NCBI GenBank assembly: GCA_036004705.1
Contig: DASYRF010000360.1
Location: 5,795 to 69,794, forward strand
DNA from: Myxococcota bacterium
GTDB lineage: Bacteria; Myxococcota_A; Polyangia; DASYRF01
Reading direction: 5' to 3'
Length of the DNA: 64,000 bases
The notes below the pieces were generated by a model. It searched no databases. It worked only from the letters and a program-made list of their open reading frames with translations, and had not been told where the DNA came from. Made by a program: the position numbers and the translations under genes. Shown here in pieces: positions 45,519 to 56,795 of this stretch. Position 1 is the stretch's first letter. Each line of letters opens with the position of its first letter.

Positions 45519-46397
45519 ATGCCGGTCCCCGACCCCGCGGCGCCAGCGAGTCTCGAGGCGCAGATCGACGGGCTGTACGGCCTGCCGCTGGCCGAGTTCA
45601 TCGGCGCCCGCAACGCGCTGGCGGCCCGCTTGAAAAAGGAAGGCGCGGCCGAGCAGGCGGCGCGGGTGAAGGCGCTGGCGAAGCCCCCCCTCCCCGCCTG
45701 GGCGGTCAACCAGCTGGCGCGGCGGCGCGGCGACGTGATGGAGGCGCTCTTTGCCGCGGGTGACGCCGTGCGCGCGGCGCAGCGCACCGCGCTGGAGCGC
45801 GGCGACGGCGAGCCCTTGCGCACCGCCGTGGCGGCGCAGCGCGACGTGCTGGCGCGTGCCGGCCGGGCCGCCGCCACGCTGCTGGCCGAGGCCGGACACG
45901 CCGCCGCCGCGGGAACGCTCGACCGCGTGGCCGCCACGCTGCGCGCGCTGGCGGGCGATCCCGACGGCCGCGCCCGCCTGGGCGCTGGATGTCTGGCCCA
46001 GGAGCTGGAGCCGCCGGGCTTCGAGGCGCTGGCCGCGCTCGACGGCGTCACGGCGGTGGCGCCACGGCCGCCTCAGGCGCGCCCTGCCCCGCCCGCGCCT
46101 GACCGCGCGGCGGGCGCGGCGCCGGCGTCCGCGGCGGCGACCGACGAGGCGGCGCAGCGCCGTGCGCAGGTCGCCCAGGTCCGCGAACGTGTCGCCGAGG
46201 CGGCCCGCGAAGCGCGCGCCCTGGTCGAAGCGCTGGAGATCGCCGAGCGCGCCGCCGTCGCCGCGCGCCGCGCCGCCGGCGAGGCCGACGAGGCCGCCGA
46301 GCGCGCGCGTGCCCAGGTCGCCCGCGCCAACGAGCGGCTGGAGCGTGCCCGCGCCGCCGCCGCCGCCGCCGAAGCGGAGCTGCGGGGCGATTCCTAG
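45519..46397 (+). CDS. Hypothetical protein with a C-terminal coiled-coil.
   Basis: MPVPDPAAPASLEAQIDGLYGLPLAEFIGARNALAARLKKEG..., ends in an Ala/Arg/Glu-rich helix. Confidence 0.45.
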   Translation: MPVPDPAAPASLEAQIDGLYGLPLAEFIGARNALAARLKKEGAAEQAARVKALAKPPLPAWAVNQLARRRGDVMEALFAAGDAVRAAQRTALERGDGEPLRTAVAAQRDVLARAGRAAATLLAEAGHAAAAGTLDRVAATLRALAGDPDGRARLGAGCLAQELEPPGFEALAALDGVTAVAPRPPQARPAPPAPDRAAGAAPASAAATDEAAQRRAQVAQVRERVAEAAREARALVEALEIAERAAVAARRAAGEADEAAERARAQVARANERLERARAAAAAAEAELRGDS

Positions 46398-46582
46398 GCC
46401 CGGAGGCGGGACCGCGGCTTGGCCGCGCCGCCGACGGGGAGCGGGGGCGGGGGCGGAAGAGGCAGCTTGGCCGCGCCGCCGACGGGGTCCGGGGCATCGG
46501 AGCGCGGCGTCCGCGCCGCGCACACGGGCGCCCGAGGCTCGATCGACCACGGCGTGCTCGCCACGCGCACGGGCCCCCGCGG

Positions 46583-47044
46583 TCAGACGACCGCGCCGGG
46601 CACGGCGCCGCGGGCCCGTTTCGTCAGCGCGTCGAGCTCCTGCCATTCGGCGTCGGCGCGCGCCGCCGCCTCGTCGGGCGCGTGGAACTGCTCGATCTCG
46701 CGGATGCGGTTGTCGGCGCGGGCGATCGCCGGCTTCAGCCGCTGCGGCGTTGCGTCGGCGGGCTCCCAGTCGAGGATCGCCTGCAGTGTGACCGATGCCT
46801 CGTGGTGCACGGTCTCCGCCAGCACGACCACGCGGTCGGGGCCGACTTCACACACCCCGTCGCCCATCTGCAGCGTCCGCCAGGTGCCGGCCTTCTCGAA
46901 GCGGAACGGCCCTTCCTTGAGCGTCGTCAGGAACGGCAGGTGGTCGGGCAGCACGCCGAACTCGCCGAGCGTGCCCGTGGCGATGACCTGGTTGACGCTC
47001 ATCTCCAAGATCCGGCCGCGCGGCGTGACGAGAGCGAGCTGCAT
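46583..47044 (-). CDS. atpC: F0F1 ATP synthase epsilon subunit.
   Basis: MQLALVTPRGRILEMSVNQVIATGTLGEFGVLPDHLPFLTTLKEGPFRF.. Confidence 0.9.
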   Translation of the reverse strand: MQLALVTPRGRILEMSVNQVIATGTLGEFGVLPDHLPFLTTLKEGPFRFEKAGTWRTLQMGDGVCEVGPDRVVVLAETVHHEASVTLQAILDWEPADATPQRLKPAIARADNRIREIEQFHAPDEAAARADAEWQELDALTKRARGAVPGAVV

Positions 47045-47068
47045 GGCGTTGCGCATGACCCCGCCTGC

Positions 47069-48583
<1,515 letters not shown>

Positions 48584-49465
48584 TTATCCTTTCAAAGCCT
48601 CGGCGCCGCCGATGATTTCCATGAGCTCTTTCGTGATGGCTGCCTGGCGGCCGCGGTTGTACTGGAGCTGCAGCGCGCCGAGCATCTCGGCGGCGTTGGT
48701 CGTGGCGTTCTCCATCGCCGACATCCGCGCACCGTGCTCCGAGGCGAGCGACTCGAGCAGCACGCGGAAGACCTCGAAGTTCACGTACAGCGGCAAGAGG
48801 AGGTTCAGCAGCGCCTCTTTGTCGGGCTCGTAGATGAACTCCGTCCCGGTGCCGCCCGCCTCGGCCAGCTCGGTTGGGTCGATCGGCAGGAGCTTCTCCA
48901 CCGTCACCTTCTGCGAGACGGCGCTCTTGAACTCGTTGTACACGAGCGACACCTCGTCGAGCGGCGGCGCCGCGCTGACGTAGTGGTCCACGATCCAGTC
49001 GCCGATGTTCTTGGCGTCGGCGAAGCCGAGCCCGCCGACGAAGACGTCGCGGAACTCCGCCTCCACGTTGCCGCGCCGACGCCGGAAGTGGTCGGTGCCC
49101 TTGCGCCCCACCAGCCCCAGCGAAACCTCTTTCCCCGCCGCCGTCTCCTCGGCGATGTAGCGCTCGGCGCGGCGGATGATGTTGGCGTTGAACGCCCCGC
49201 ACAGCCCGCGGTCCGCCGTCACCACGATCAGCATCGTGCGCTGCACCGGCTCGCGCCGTGCCAGCAGAGGGTGGTCCTGCGTCTCGGCGCGCAGCGCCAC
49301 GTCGTGCAGCACCTGCATGAGCCGCTGCGCGTAGGGGCGCGCCTCGATGATGGCCTGCTGCGCGCGGTTCAGCTTCGCCGCGCTCACCATCTTCATGGCG
49401 CGCGTGATCTTCTGCGTGTTCTTCACCGCGCCGATGCGGTTGCGGATGGCCTTGAGGGACGGCAT
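48584..49465 (-). CDS. atpG: F0F1 ATP synthase gamma subunit.
   Basis: MPSLKAIRNRIGAVKNTQKITRAMKMVSAAKL.. Confidence 0.95.
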   Translation of the reverse strand: MPSLKAIRNRIGAVKNTQKITRAMKMVSAAKLNRAQQAIIEARPYAQRLMQVLHDVALRAETQDHPLLARREPVQRTMLIVVTADRGLCGAFNANIIRRAERYIAEETAAGKEVSLGLVGRKGTDHFRRRRGNVEAEFRDVFVGGLGFADAKNIGDWIVDHYVSAAPPLDEVSLVYNEFKSAVSQKVTVEKLLPIDPTELAEAGGTGTEFIYEPDKEALLNLLLPLYVNFEVFRVLLESLASEHGARMSAMENATTNAAEMLGALQLQYNRGRQAAITKELMEIIGGAEALKG

Positions 49466-49474
49466 CGCCGCTCG

Positions 49475-51016
49475 CTACGCCCGCGCCCCGGCGACGCCGC
49501 CGTCCATCTGGAAGAGCTCCTTGAAGTCGTCCAGCAGCTTCACCAGCCGCTCTTCCAGCTCCTTTGAGATGTCCTTCTTCTCGCGGATCTCGGCGAGCGC
49601 CTCAGGGGCCTTCGCCTCCACGTAGGAGAACATCTCCTTCTCGTAGCGGGCCAGCACGCTGAGCGGGTACCCGAGCAGGTAGTCGTTCTTGTGCGTGCCG
49701 GCGAACATGAGCAGCACCTGCTTCTCCACCGGCAGCGGCTGGTACTGCCCCTGCTTGAGGATCTCCGTCAGTCGCGCCCCCTGCGCCAGCTGCCGCTGCG
49801 TCTGCTTGTCGAGGTCGCTGCCGAAGGCGGCGAAGGCGGCGATCTCCCGGTACTGCGCCAGCGTCAGCCGCAGCTGTCCGGCCACCTTCTTCATCGCCTT
49901 GAGCTGCGCCGCGCCGCCGACGCGCGACACCGACAGGCCGACGTTCACCGCCGGCCGCTGCCCGCTGTAGAAGAGGTCCGACTCCAGGTAGATCTGGCCG
50001 TCGGTGATGGAGATGACGTTCGTGGGGATGTAGGCGGAGACGTCGCCGGCCTGCGTCTCGATGATGGGGAGCGCCGTGAGCGACCCGCCCCCCAGGTCCT
50101 TGCGGATCTTGGCGCCGCGCTCCAGTAGCCGCGAGTGCAGGTAGAAGACGTCGCCCGGGTAGTCCTCGCGCCCTGGCGGGCGGCGCAGCAGCAGCGACAT
50201 CTGCCGGTAGGCCACGGCCTGCTTGCTGAGGTCGTCGTAGATGACCAGGGCGTGGCGCCCGCTGTCGCGGAAGTACTCGCCCATCGTCACCCCGGTGTAC
50301 GGGGCGATGAACTGCAGCGGCGCCATCTCGCTGGCCGTCGCCGCCACCACCGTCGTGTAGCTGAGCGCGTCGTGGCGGGCGAGCTTGTCCACCACCTGCG
50401 CCACGGTCGACTGCTTCTGCCCGATCGCCACGTAGAAGCAGTACACGTCGAGGCCGCGTTGGTTGATGATTGTGTCGAGCGCGATGGCCGTCTTCCCCGT
50501 GCCGCGATCTCCGATGATGAGCTCGCGCTGGCCGCGCCCGATGGGGATCATCGTGTCGATGGCCTTGATGCCGGTCTGCATCGGCTCGCTCACCGGCTCG
50601 CGGTAGATGATGCCCGGCGCCTTCAGCTCCACGCGCCGGCGCTGGCGCGCCTTCACGTCGCCCTTGCCGTCGATGGGGATGCCCAGCGCGTTGACCACCC
50701 GCCCGAGCAGCTCCTCGCCCACCGGCACCTCGACGATGCGGCCCGTGCGCTTGACGAGGTCCCCCTCCTTCACGGACGCCGCCTCGCCCAGCAGCGCGAC
50801 GCCGACGTTGTCCTCTTCCAGGTTCAGGACCATTCCCACCACGTCGTGCGGGAACTGCAGCAGCTCGCCCGCCATCGCCCCGCTCAGGCCGTAGACGCGG
50901 GCGATGCCGTCGCCGCACGTCAACACCGTGCCCGTCTCGGCGACCTCGACCTTGTTCTCGTACCCTTCGATCTGCTGGCGAATGATCTGCGAGATCTCTT
51001 CGGCGCGAAGCTCCAT
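49475..51016 (-). CDS. atpA: F0F1 ATP synthase alpha subunit.
   Basis: [18 protein letters not shown] (P-loop), 513 aa. Confidence 0.97.
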   Translation of the reverse strand: MELRAEEISQIIRQQIEGYENKVEVAETGTVLTCGDGIARVYGLSGAMAGELLQFPHDVVGMVLNLEEDNVGVALLGEAASVKEGDLVKRTGRIVEVPVGEELLGRVVNALGIPIDGKGDVKARQRRRVELKAPGIIYREPVSEPMQTGIKAIDTMIPIGRGQRELIIGDRGTGKTAIALDTIINQRGLDVYCFYVAIGQKQSTVAQVVDKLARHDALSYTTVVAATASEMAPLQFIAPYTGVTMGEYFRDSGRHALVIYDDLSKQAVAYRQMSLLLRRPPGREDYPGDVFYLHSRLLERGAKIRKDLGGGSLTALPIIETQAGDVSAYIPTNVISITDGQIYLESDLFYSGQRPAVNVGLSVSRVGGAAQLKAMKKVAGQLRLTLAQYREIAAFAAFGSDLDKQTQRQLAQGARLTEILKQGQYQPLPVEKQVLLMFAGTHKNDYLLGYPLSVLARYEKEMFSYVEAKAPEALAEIREKKDISKELEERLVKLLDDFKELFQMDGGVAGARA

Positions 51017-51048
51017 GTCGTCGTCCTGTCCTTCCCGTCCGCGGCCGG

Positions 51049-51597
51049 CTAGGCGCGGCCGCTCGTCAGCGTGGCCCGCAGCCGCTCGAGGCGGTTCTTC
51101 AGCGAGCCGTCGAACATCTTGTCCCCTACACGCGTGACCATCCCGCCCAGAAGCGACGCGTCGACCTTCTCGGTGAGCAACACCTCCTTGCCCGTCGTGC
51201 GCGCCAGCACTTCCAGGAGGCGCTGGCGGTAGCCGGGTCCGAGCGGCTCGGCGGAGGTGACCTCGGCGCGCAGCCGCCCGGCGTCCAGGTCGGCCATCTC
51301 CTGGAACGCCACGGCCATGCCGGGGAGCGAGCCGATGCGCCCGCGCTCCAGCACCATCTCCGCGAAGCGCCGCACCATCGGCCCGGTGCGCAGCCGGTCC
51401 AGTATCGCCCCAAGCACCTTGCGCCGCTCCCCCGCGCCGAAGGCCGGGTTCACCATCAGATCGACGAGCTCGCGGCTCTGGCGGAAGAGCGTGGCGAGCG
51501 CCTCGAGCTCGGCGGCGAACGCGTCCACCGCGTTCGTCTTCTGCGCCACCTGCATGAGCGCCCTCGCGTAGCGGCGGGCGACGCTTCCGGTGATCAT
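51049..51597 (-). CDS. atpH: F0F1 ATP synthase delta subunit (OSCP).
   Basis: [19 protein letters not shown].. is the typical delta N-terminus. 182 aa. Confidence 0.85.
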   Translation of the reverse strand: MITGSVARRYARALMQVAQKTNAVDAFAAELEALATLFRQSRELVDLMVNPAFGAGERRKVLGAILDRLRTGPMVRRFAEMVLERGRIGSLPGMAVAFQEMADLDAGRLRAEVTSAEPLGPGYRQRLLEVLARTTGKEVLLTEKVDASLLGGMVTRVGDKMFDGSLKNRLERLRATLTSGRA

Positions 51598-51616
51598 TTT
51601 CTCGGGACTCCTGCGC

Positions 51617-52294
51617 TCACGAGATCTGCTTGAGGTACTCGTCCTCGAGGCGCCGCTTGTCGTCCGGGCCGATCTTCTCGCGCACCAGGGCCGTCGCCGC
51701 CGCCAGCGCCGCCAGCGCCACCTCGCGCTCCAGGGACTGGCGCGCCGTGGCGACCTCGGCGGTCACCGCGCGCTCCGCCTCGGCGGCCAGCCGCTCGGCG
51801 CGGTCTTTGGCGCGCTCCAAGATGTGGCGCGCCTCGCGCTCGGCCTCCGCCCGCACCTCGTCGCGCAGCCGCTCTGTGTCCTGGTCCAGCGCTCGCAGGC
51901 GCCGCTCCAGCTCGGCGTGGCGCGCCTCGGCGGCGCGCCGGGCGGACTCGGCGTCCTCGATGGCCTTGGCCACGGCATGGTGGCGGTCGGCGACGCTCTG
52001 CTTGACGTTCTTCCCCAGCAGCTTCGCCAGCAGCAGGACCAGCAGAACGAAGTTCACCAGCGCGAAGAGGAAGCCAGGGCCGTAGTCATGCGCCGGGTCG
52101 GCCTTCTCCGCGGCGTCCGCGTTCCACAGCGTCCACTCGAAGGCGGGCGCGCGGTGGCCGCCGCCGTGTCCCTCGCCGTGGACCTCGCCCCCGGGCGCGG
52201 CGGTCTCTTCGGCGGCGGCCGGCGCCGGCCGAGCCGAGAGCGCGGCGGCGAGCGCGAGCACCGCGGCGAAGGTCACGGCGGGCGCGCGGCTCAC
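51617..52294 (-). CDS. atpF: F0F1 ATP synthase subunit b.
   Basis: GTG start overlaps the b' stop in a GTGA arrangement. Hydrophobic N-terminus LFALVNFVLLVLLLAKLLGKNV, then a long charged helix (..ERLRDEVRAEAEREARHILERAKDRAERLAAEAE..). Confidence 0.8.
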   Translation of the reverse strand: MSRAPAVTFAAVLALAAALSARPAPAAAEETAAPGGEVHGEGHGGGHRAPAFEWTLWNADAAEKADPAHDYGPGFLFALVNFVLLVLLLAKLLGKNVKQSVADRHHAVAKAIEDAESARRAAEARHAELERRLRALDQDTERLRDEVRAEAEREARHILERAKDRAERLAAEAERAVTAEVATARQSLEREVALAALAAATALVREKIGPDDKRRLEDEYLKQIS

Positions 52295-52782
52295 GCCACC
52301 CTCCGGCCCAGCACCTTGCCCGCCAGGTCCATCGCCAGCTCGCGCGCGCGGGGGGCGAGCTCCTTGCGCGCGCGCTCGACCTCGCCCTGGATGCGGTCGC
52401 GCGCCTGGGCGATGCGTCCGCGCGCCGCCTTCTCCGCCTGCTCGAACACCTCGCGCTCGCGTGCCTCGGCGTCGACGAGCAACCCGATGCGCGCCTCCGC
52501 CGCCTCGGCGCGCGTCGCGGCGATGCGCGCGTCGCACTGCGCACCCCAAAGATCCGATTCGCGCTCCAACGTCGTGGCGCGGGCCAGGGCGCCCTCGGTC
52601 CGCTCGCGGCGCGACTCCAGCACCTTGAGCACCGGGCGGAACCAGCCGCGCGCCAGCACGATCCACACGCACAGGAAGATGCCGAGCTGCACGAAGAACG
52701 TGCCGTCGAGGTCCACGACCGATCCCCCCGACGCCAGCGCCGGCAGCCAACCGCGCGCTCCCAACACGATCCAGGCGTGCAT
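52291..52782 (-). CDS. F0F1 ATP synthase subunit b' (second b-type subunit).
   Basis: ATG at 52782 checked. FFVQLGIFLCVWIVLARGWFRPVLKVLESRRERTEGALARA.. shows the b-type architecture, upstream of atpF. Confidence 0.75.
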   Translation of the reverse strand: MHAWIVLGARGWLPALASGGSVVDLDGTFFVQLGIFLCVWIVLARGWFRPVLKVLESRRERTEGALARATTLERESDLWGAQCDARIAATRAEAAEARIGLLVDAEAREREVFEQAEKAARGRIAQARDRIQGEVERARKELAPRARELAMDLAGKVLGRRVA

Positions 52783-53036
52783 CCGATTCCATCCTAACGG
52801 GGCGCCCTGCCCGCGGCGACGCCCCGGCGGGCGCGAAGGCGCCGCCATCGGTGACGCGCGGCCATTATCAGAAGCGGCGCCGCGTGGTCAACCGCGGCGT
52901 TGGGACGGGGCTGGGGTCCGCCGCGCCCCTAGACGGCGCGGCTGGGGTCTGTCAACCTCAGGGGTGGAGCGTCAACCCCGCGGACCCACTGGGACACGCG
53001 AGGGAACGCCCCTTGCATCTCCGAGCCCGGATTCCC

Positions 53037-54443
53037 ATGGCTGCGCCCTTCTACCACCTGTTCGAGCCGCCTCGCGAGGCGGAGCACGACCGTAACCGGT
53101 TGTACGGGATCTTCCCGGCCATCGTTACGAACAACGTGGATCCGGAGGGCATGTACCGGGTGAAGGTGCGTTTCCCGCACCTGCCCGGCCAGAACGAGTC
53201 GTTCTGGGCGCGCGTCGCCACGCCGATGGCGGGGAAAGACCGCGGCTGGTTCTTCCTGCCCGACGTGAACGACGAGGTGCTCGTGATGTTCGAGCACGGC
53301 GACGTCCACCACCCGATCGTGCTCGGCCAGATCTGGAACGGACGCGACGTCCCGCCGTACGACAACGCGGACGGCAAGAACAACCTGCGTTTCTTCCGCT
53401 CGCGCAACGGTGCGCGCGTCATCCTCGACGACACGGCCGGCGCCGAGAAGATCACGATTGCCGAGAAGAGCGGCAAGAACCGCATTGTCATCGACGCCGT
53501 CGAGAAGTCGATCCAGGTGCTGTCCGAGGACGGCGACATCACGCTCAACGCGCCCAACGGGCTGCTCAAGGTGGACGCGGCGTCGTTCCTCGTGCACGCC
53601 ACCTCAGATCTGAAGATCTCCAGCGGCGGCGAGTTTGCCACGACCAGCGGCGACAAGATGATGGTGGCGGCGGGCCCGACGCTGGACATCAAGAGCGGGC
53701 GAACCGAGTTCAACCCGTCGTCGGGCGGGGGCGGGGGCGGCGGCTCGGCGGCGACGCTGGCGGGCGACGACCAGATCTCGCAGCTGGCCGAGGCGGCGCA
53801 GGCCGCGGCGGGGGCCGGCGCCGCCGGCGGCGCGGGCGCGGGCGCCGAGCCCGGCACTTCCCCGACGGACACGCCGCAGCCGGGCCAGGCGCACCTCATC
53901 GAGGTGCAGGTCGTCAACGTCAACAACGTTCCGCAGAAGGGCGTCTTCTACGAGCTCACGCTGCCCGACCAGACCAAGCGCAGCGGTACGACCGGCAGCG
54001 ACGGTTACATTCGCCTGAGCGTGACGCCGCAGACGGGTCCGTTCACGGTGCGGCTGCCTGACTTCGAGCCGACCGACGGGGCGGGCGGCGGCGGAGGCGC
54101 GGGCGGCGGCGGCGGCGACGGGGCGGGCGGCGGCGGCGGCGGTGGCGACCCGCCCCCGACGGGCAGCGGCAGCGCACCCGGCTGGGGCAGCGGTGACGGC
54201 GCGGCGGGCGGCGTCGACACGAGCCCTACCCCAAGCCCGAGCTCAAGCGGCGGCGGTGGCGGCGGACCGGGCGACGACTTCAGCGGGGGCGGCGGCGACG
54301 GCGGCCCCGGCGGCGGCGGGGCGTTCGACCCTGGCACGGACTTCAGCAGCGGAGGCGGCGGCGGCGGTCCCGGCGACGGCTTCAGCGGCGGTGGTGGCAG
54401 CGACGAGGGCGACGACGGGGGCGGCGCAGGCGAGTTGGCCTAG
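53037..54443 (+). CDS. Phage baseplate assembly protein V / gp5-VgrG-type spike protein (OB-fold plus beta-helix) with a long Gly-rich, disordered C-terminal half.
   Basis: RLYGIFPAIVTNNVDPEGMYRVKVRFPHLPGQNESFWARVATPMAGKDRGWFFLPDVNDEVLVMFEHGDVHHPIVLGQIWNG is the Phage_base_V / T6SS-phage injector OB-domain signature, followed by repetitive beta-strand segments. ATG at 53037 checked. Confidence 0.75.
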   Translation: MAAPFYHLFEPPREAEHDRNRLYGIFPAIVTNNVDPEGMYRVKVRFPHLPGQNESFWARVATPMAGKDRGWFFLPDVNDEVLVMFEHGDVHHPIVLGQIWNGRDVPPYDNADGKNNLRFFRSRNGARVILDDTAGAEKITIAEKSGKNRIVIDAVEKSIQVLSEDGDITLNAPNGLLKVDAASFLVHATSDLKISSGGEFATTSGDKMMVAAGPTLDIKSGRTEFNPSSGGGGGGGSAATLAGDDQISQLAEAAQAAAGAGAAGGAGAGAEPGTSPTDTPQPGQAHLIEVQVVNVNNVPQKGVFYELTLPDQTKRSGTTGSDGYIRLSVTPQTGPFTVRLPDFEPTDGAGGGGGAGGGGGDGAGGGGGGGDPPPTGSGSAPGWGSGDGAAGGVDTSPTPSPSSSGGGGGGPGDDFSGGGGDGGPGGGGAFDPGTDFSSGGGGGGPGDGFSGGGGSDEGDDGGGAGELA

Positions 54444-54569
54444 GCCAACGGCCACGCCGACACCAAGGGCCAGGCCGAGCACAATTTCGGCAACGAGTGG
54501 CTCGCCGGGGGCGACAACTTCGACGTGCTGTTCTGAGCCGCTGCGCGCGGCGCGCGCCGCGCCCGGCCG

Positions 54570-55040
54570 TCAGGTCTTGGGCAGCGCGACGGGCGGCAGC
54601 GCGGGGGCGGGCGCTGGGGTGACGGTGGCGGTGCCGCCGTTGGCGCGGTCGCGCTCGAAGACCGCCTCGAGGGCCTCCATGCGGCAAGAGCCCTCGAAGA
54701 CGACGCCCGGCTCGATGGTCAGCGACGGCGTATAGAGGTCGCCCTTCATGCGGCCGGGGCGGTGGATCTCGATGGCGCGCCGCGCGCGCACCGTGCCGGT
54801 CACGGTGCCGGTGATGACGACCGCGCCGACTTCAATGGTGGCTTCCACCTGGGCGCCCTCGCCGATGATGAGGGTGTCTTCCGAGAGAATCTCGCCCTTG
54901 AAGTCGCCGTTGATCTGCACGGTGCCTTCGAAGACGAGCCGCCCTTCGAAGCGGCTGCCGCGGCCGAGCAGGGCGATGATCTGCCCGTCGACCTGGATGG
55001 GGCCGCCGCCGGTGTCGTCGCGCCGAGTCTTGAACGCCAT
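54570..55040 (-). CDS. Bactofilin (polymer-forming cytoskeletal protein).
   Basis: FEGRLVFEGTVQINGDFKGEILSEDTLIIGEGAQVEATIEVGAVVITGTVTGTVRARRAIEI is the bactofilin beta-helical repeat. Confidence 0.88.
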   Translation of the reverse strand: MAFKTRRDDTGGGPIQVDGQIIALLGRGSRFEGRLVFEGTVQINGDFKGEILSEDTLIIGEGAQVEATIEVGAVVITGTVTGTVRARRAIEIHRPGRMKGDLYTPSLTIEPGVVFEGSCRMEALEAVFERDRANGGTATVTPAPAPALPPVALPKT

Positions 55041-55073
55041 GGGCCGCGCCTTAGCAGAAGCGGCGCGGGCGGG

Positions 55074-56642
55074 TCAACCGCCCGGCGGCGTCGGAGGCGG
55101 TGCGGCCGCGGGCGCGCCGGGAAGGGTCGCCTCGGCGCGGGCGGCGCGCGGCGGGGGCAGCGCGTAGAGGTAGCAAGGCCACTCCTTCTCGGCGGCGATC
55201 CAGGAGTCGTTCGCCGGCGGGTCGTACACGAGGCGCAGGCCGGCGGCGGTGGGGTCCGGGAACCAGCGCGCGGCGTGGTTGTAGTCCTTGCGGCTCCAGA
55301 CGATGAAGCGGACGCCCGCGCGCGAAAGGCCGGCGGCGGGGTCAGCGGGGTCGACGGGGAGAGCGTCGCCGGCGTCGACGAAGCGGTCGAGCGGCAGGCC
55401 GGCAGTGACGGGGACGGCGGGCTCGTCCGAGTAGATCTTGCCGGCGCCGGACAGCGAAGGGGCGATCCCGCCGTGGGCGGGCGCGCGCAGGAACGCGCCG
55501 ATCTCGATGGCGTGCGCCGACCAGAAGGTGCTCGGATAGAAGAACGTCAGCGTGAAGGCATAGACGGCCACGGCAAAGCCGGCGAGCGCGAGGCGGGCGG
55601 CGCGGGTCGGGTCGGCGAGGGCGACGGCGGGCCGGTGCACCCGCACCCAGGCGGCGAGCCGAGCGCCGCTGCGCTCCATGCCACCGGCGGCGAGGACCGC
55701 GACCAGCGGATGGGCGGGGATCCAGTAGCGGATCCAGCCGGCGTTCATCCGAAGCAGATAGGCCACGACCAGGAGCATGAAATGGCCGGCGGCGAGGACG
55801 GCGAGCGCGCGGACGGCGGGGCGCTTCCAGGCGAGGGCGGCCCCGGCCACCGCCGCCGGCACGCAGGCGCCAGCGGTGATGAAGAACGTGGCCAGGTAGA
55901 AGGCGACGGCGGGAAGGTCGCGCGCCTCCCAGGCGGGAAGCGCGGTGAAGAACGAGTTGCGGAAGTAGGCGCCCGATTCATGGAAGCTGTGGAGTGGGTC
56001 GCCGGCGAAGGCGGCGGAGAAGACGAGCCAGGCGGCGGGTGGGACGGCGAGGACGGCGGCGGCGGCGGCGTGGCGGGTCAGCGCGCGGCGGTCGCCGGCG
56101 AGCAGGCGCGCGCGGGCCTGGCGTGCGCCGAGGGCCCAGAGGAGGGCGGCGAACGGCCACAGCTCGAAGCGCAGCCAGAGCGCCGGGGCGAGCGCGGCGG
56201 CGGCGGCGACGGGGCGGTCGCCGTCGAGCGCGTACCACGCGGCGAGCGTCACGAAGAGCGCGGCCGGCACCTCGGTCATGGCGTAGGTGCTGAAGAAGAG
56301 GAAGTGCGGCGAGCCCGCCGTCAGGAGCGCGGCGAGCGCCGGCGCGTGGCGGTCGTCGGGGAAGGCCTTGCGGGCGAGCGCGAAGGCGGCCGCGACGGTG
56401 GCGGCGCCGCACAGCGGCGTCAAGGCGCGGCACGTCCAGTACACCTCGCCGCTGAGGCGCACGAGCGCGGCGTAGCAGAGGTGCAAGAGCGGCAGCCAGA
56501 TGCCCGTCAGCAGCCGCGGGTCCGGATGCGCCGCGAAGCGCGCGCCCACCAACATGTGCGCGAACCCGTCCGACCACGATTCAGGCAGCACGACGAGGGC
56601 CGCGCTGAAGACGGCGAGTGAGGCGACGAAGGCGCGGCGCAC
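55074..56642 (-). CDS. Polytopic membrane glycosyltransferase-like protein (GT39/GT83, ArnT/PMT-like) with a C-terminal periplasmic domain.
   Basis: About 11 hydrophobic helices. Has the general architecture of dolichyl/undecaprenyl-phosphate-sugar-dependent glycosyltransferases. GTG start inferred. The 5' half of the 852-aa ORF is R-rich noise. Confidence 0.45.
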   Translation of the reverse strand: MRRAFVASLAVFSAALVVLPESWSDGFAHMLVGARFAAHPDPRLLTGIWLPLLHLCYAALVRLSGEVYWTCRALTPLCGAATVAAAFALARKAFPDDRHAPALAALLTAGSPHFLFFSTYAMTEVPAALFVTLAAWYALDGDRPVAAAAALAPALWLRFELWPFAALLWALGARQARARLLAGDRRALTRHAAAAAVLAVPPAAWLVFSAAFAGDPLHSFHESGAYFRNSFFTALPAWEARDLPAVAFYLATFFITAGACVPAAVAGAALAWKRPAVRALAVLAAGHFMLLVVAYLLRMNAGWIRYWIPAHPLVAVLAAGGMERSGARLAAWVRVHRPAVALADPTRAARLALAGFAVAVYAFTLTFFYPSTFWSAHAIEIGAFLRAPAHGGIAPSLSGAGKIYSDEPAVPVTAGLPLDRFVDAGDALPVDPADPAAGLSRAGVRFIVWSRKDYNHAARWFPDPTAAGLRLVYDPPANDSWIAAEKEWPCYLYALPPPRAARAEATLPGAPAAAPPPTPPGG

Positions 56643-56795
56643 GGCCCGGAGACTAGGGGACGAGCCGCGCGCGCCGCAACCGCAGCGGAAACCGGAAGGG
56701 AACCGGAAGGGAACCGGAACGAACCGGAACCGGGACCGGGATCCGCAGCGCGGGTGGCGCTTGACGGCGCGCGCGGCGGGGCGTTCGATCCCGGC

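Noticed and set aside
54762-56621. 619-aa plus-strand ORF, and R-rich ORFs at 55978-56577 and 56507-57103.
   Set aside because: Gly/Arg/Glu-rich noise antisense to the membrane glycosyltransferase-like gene.
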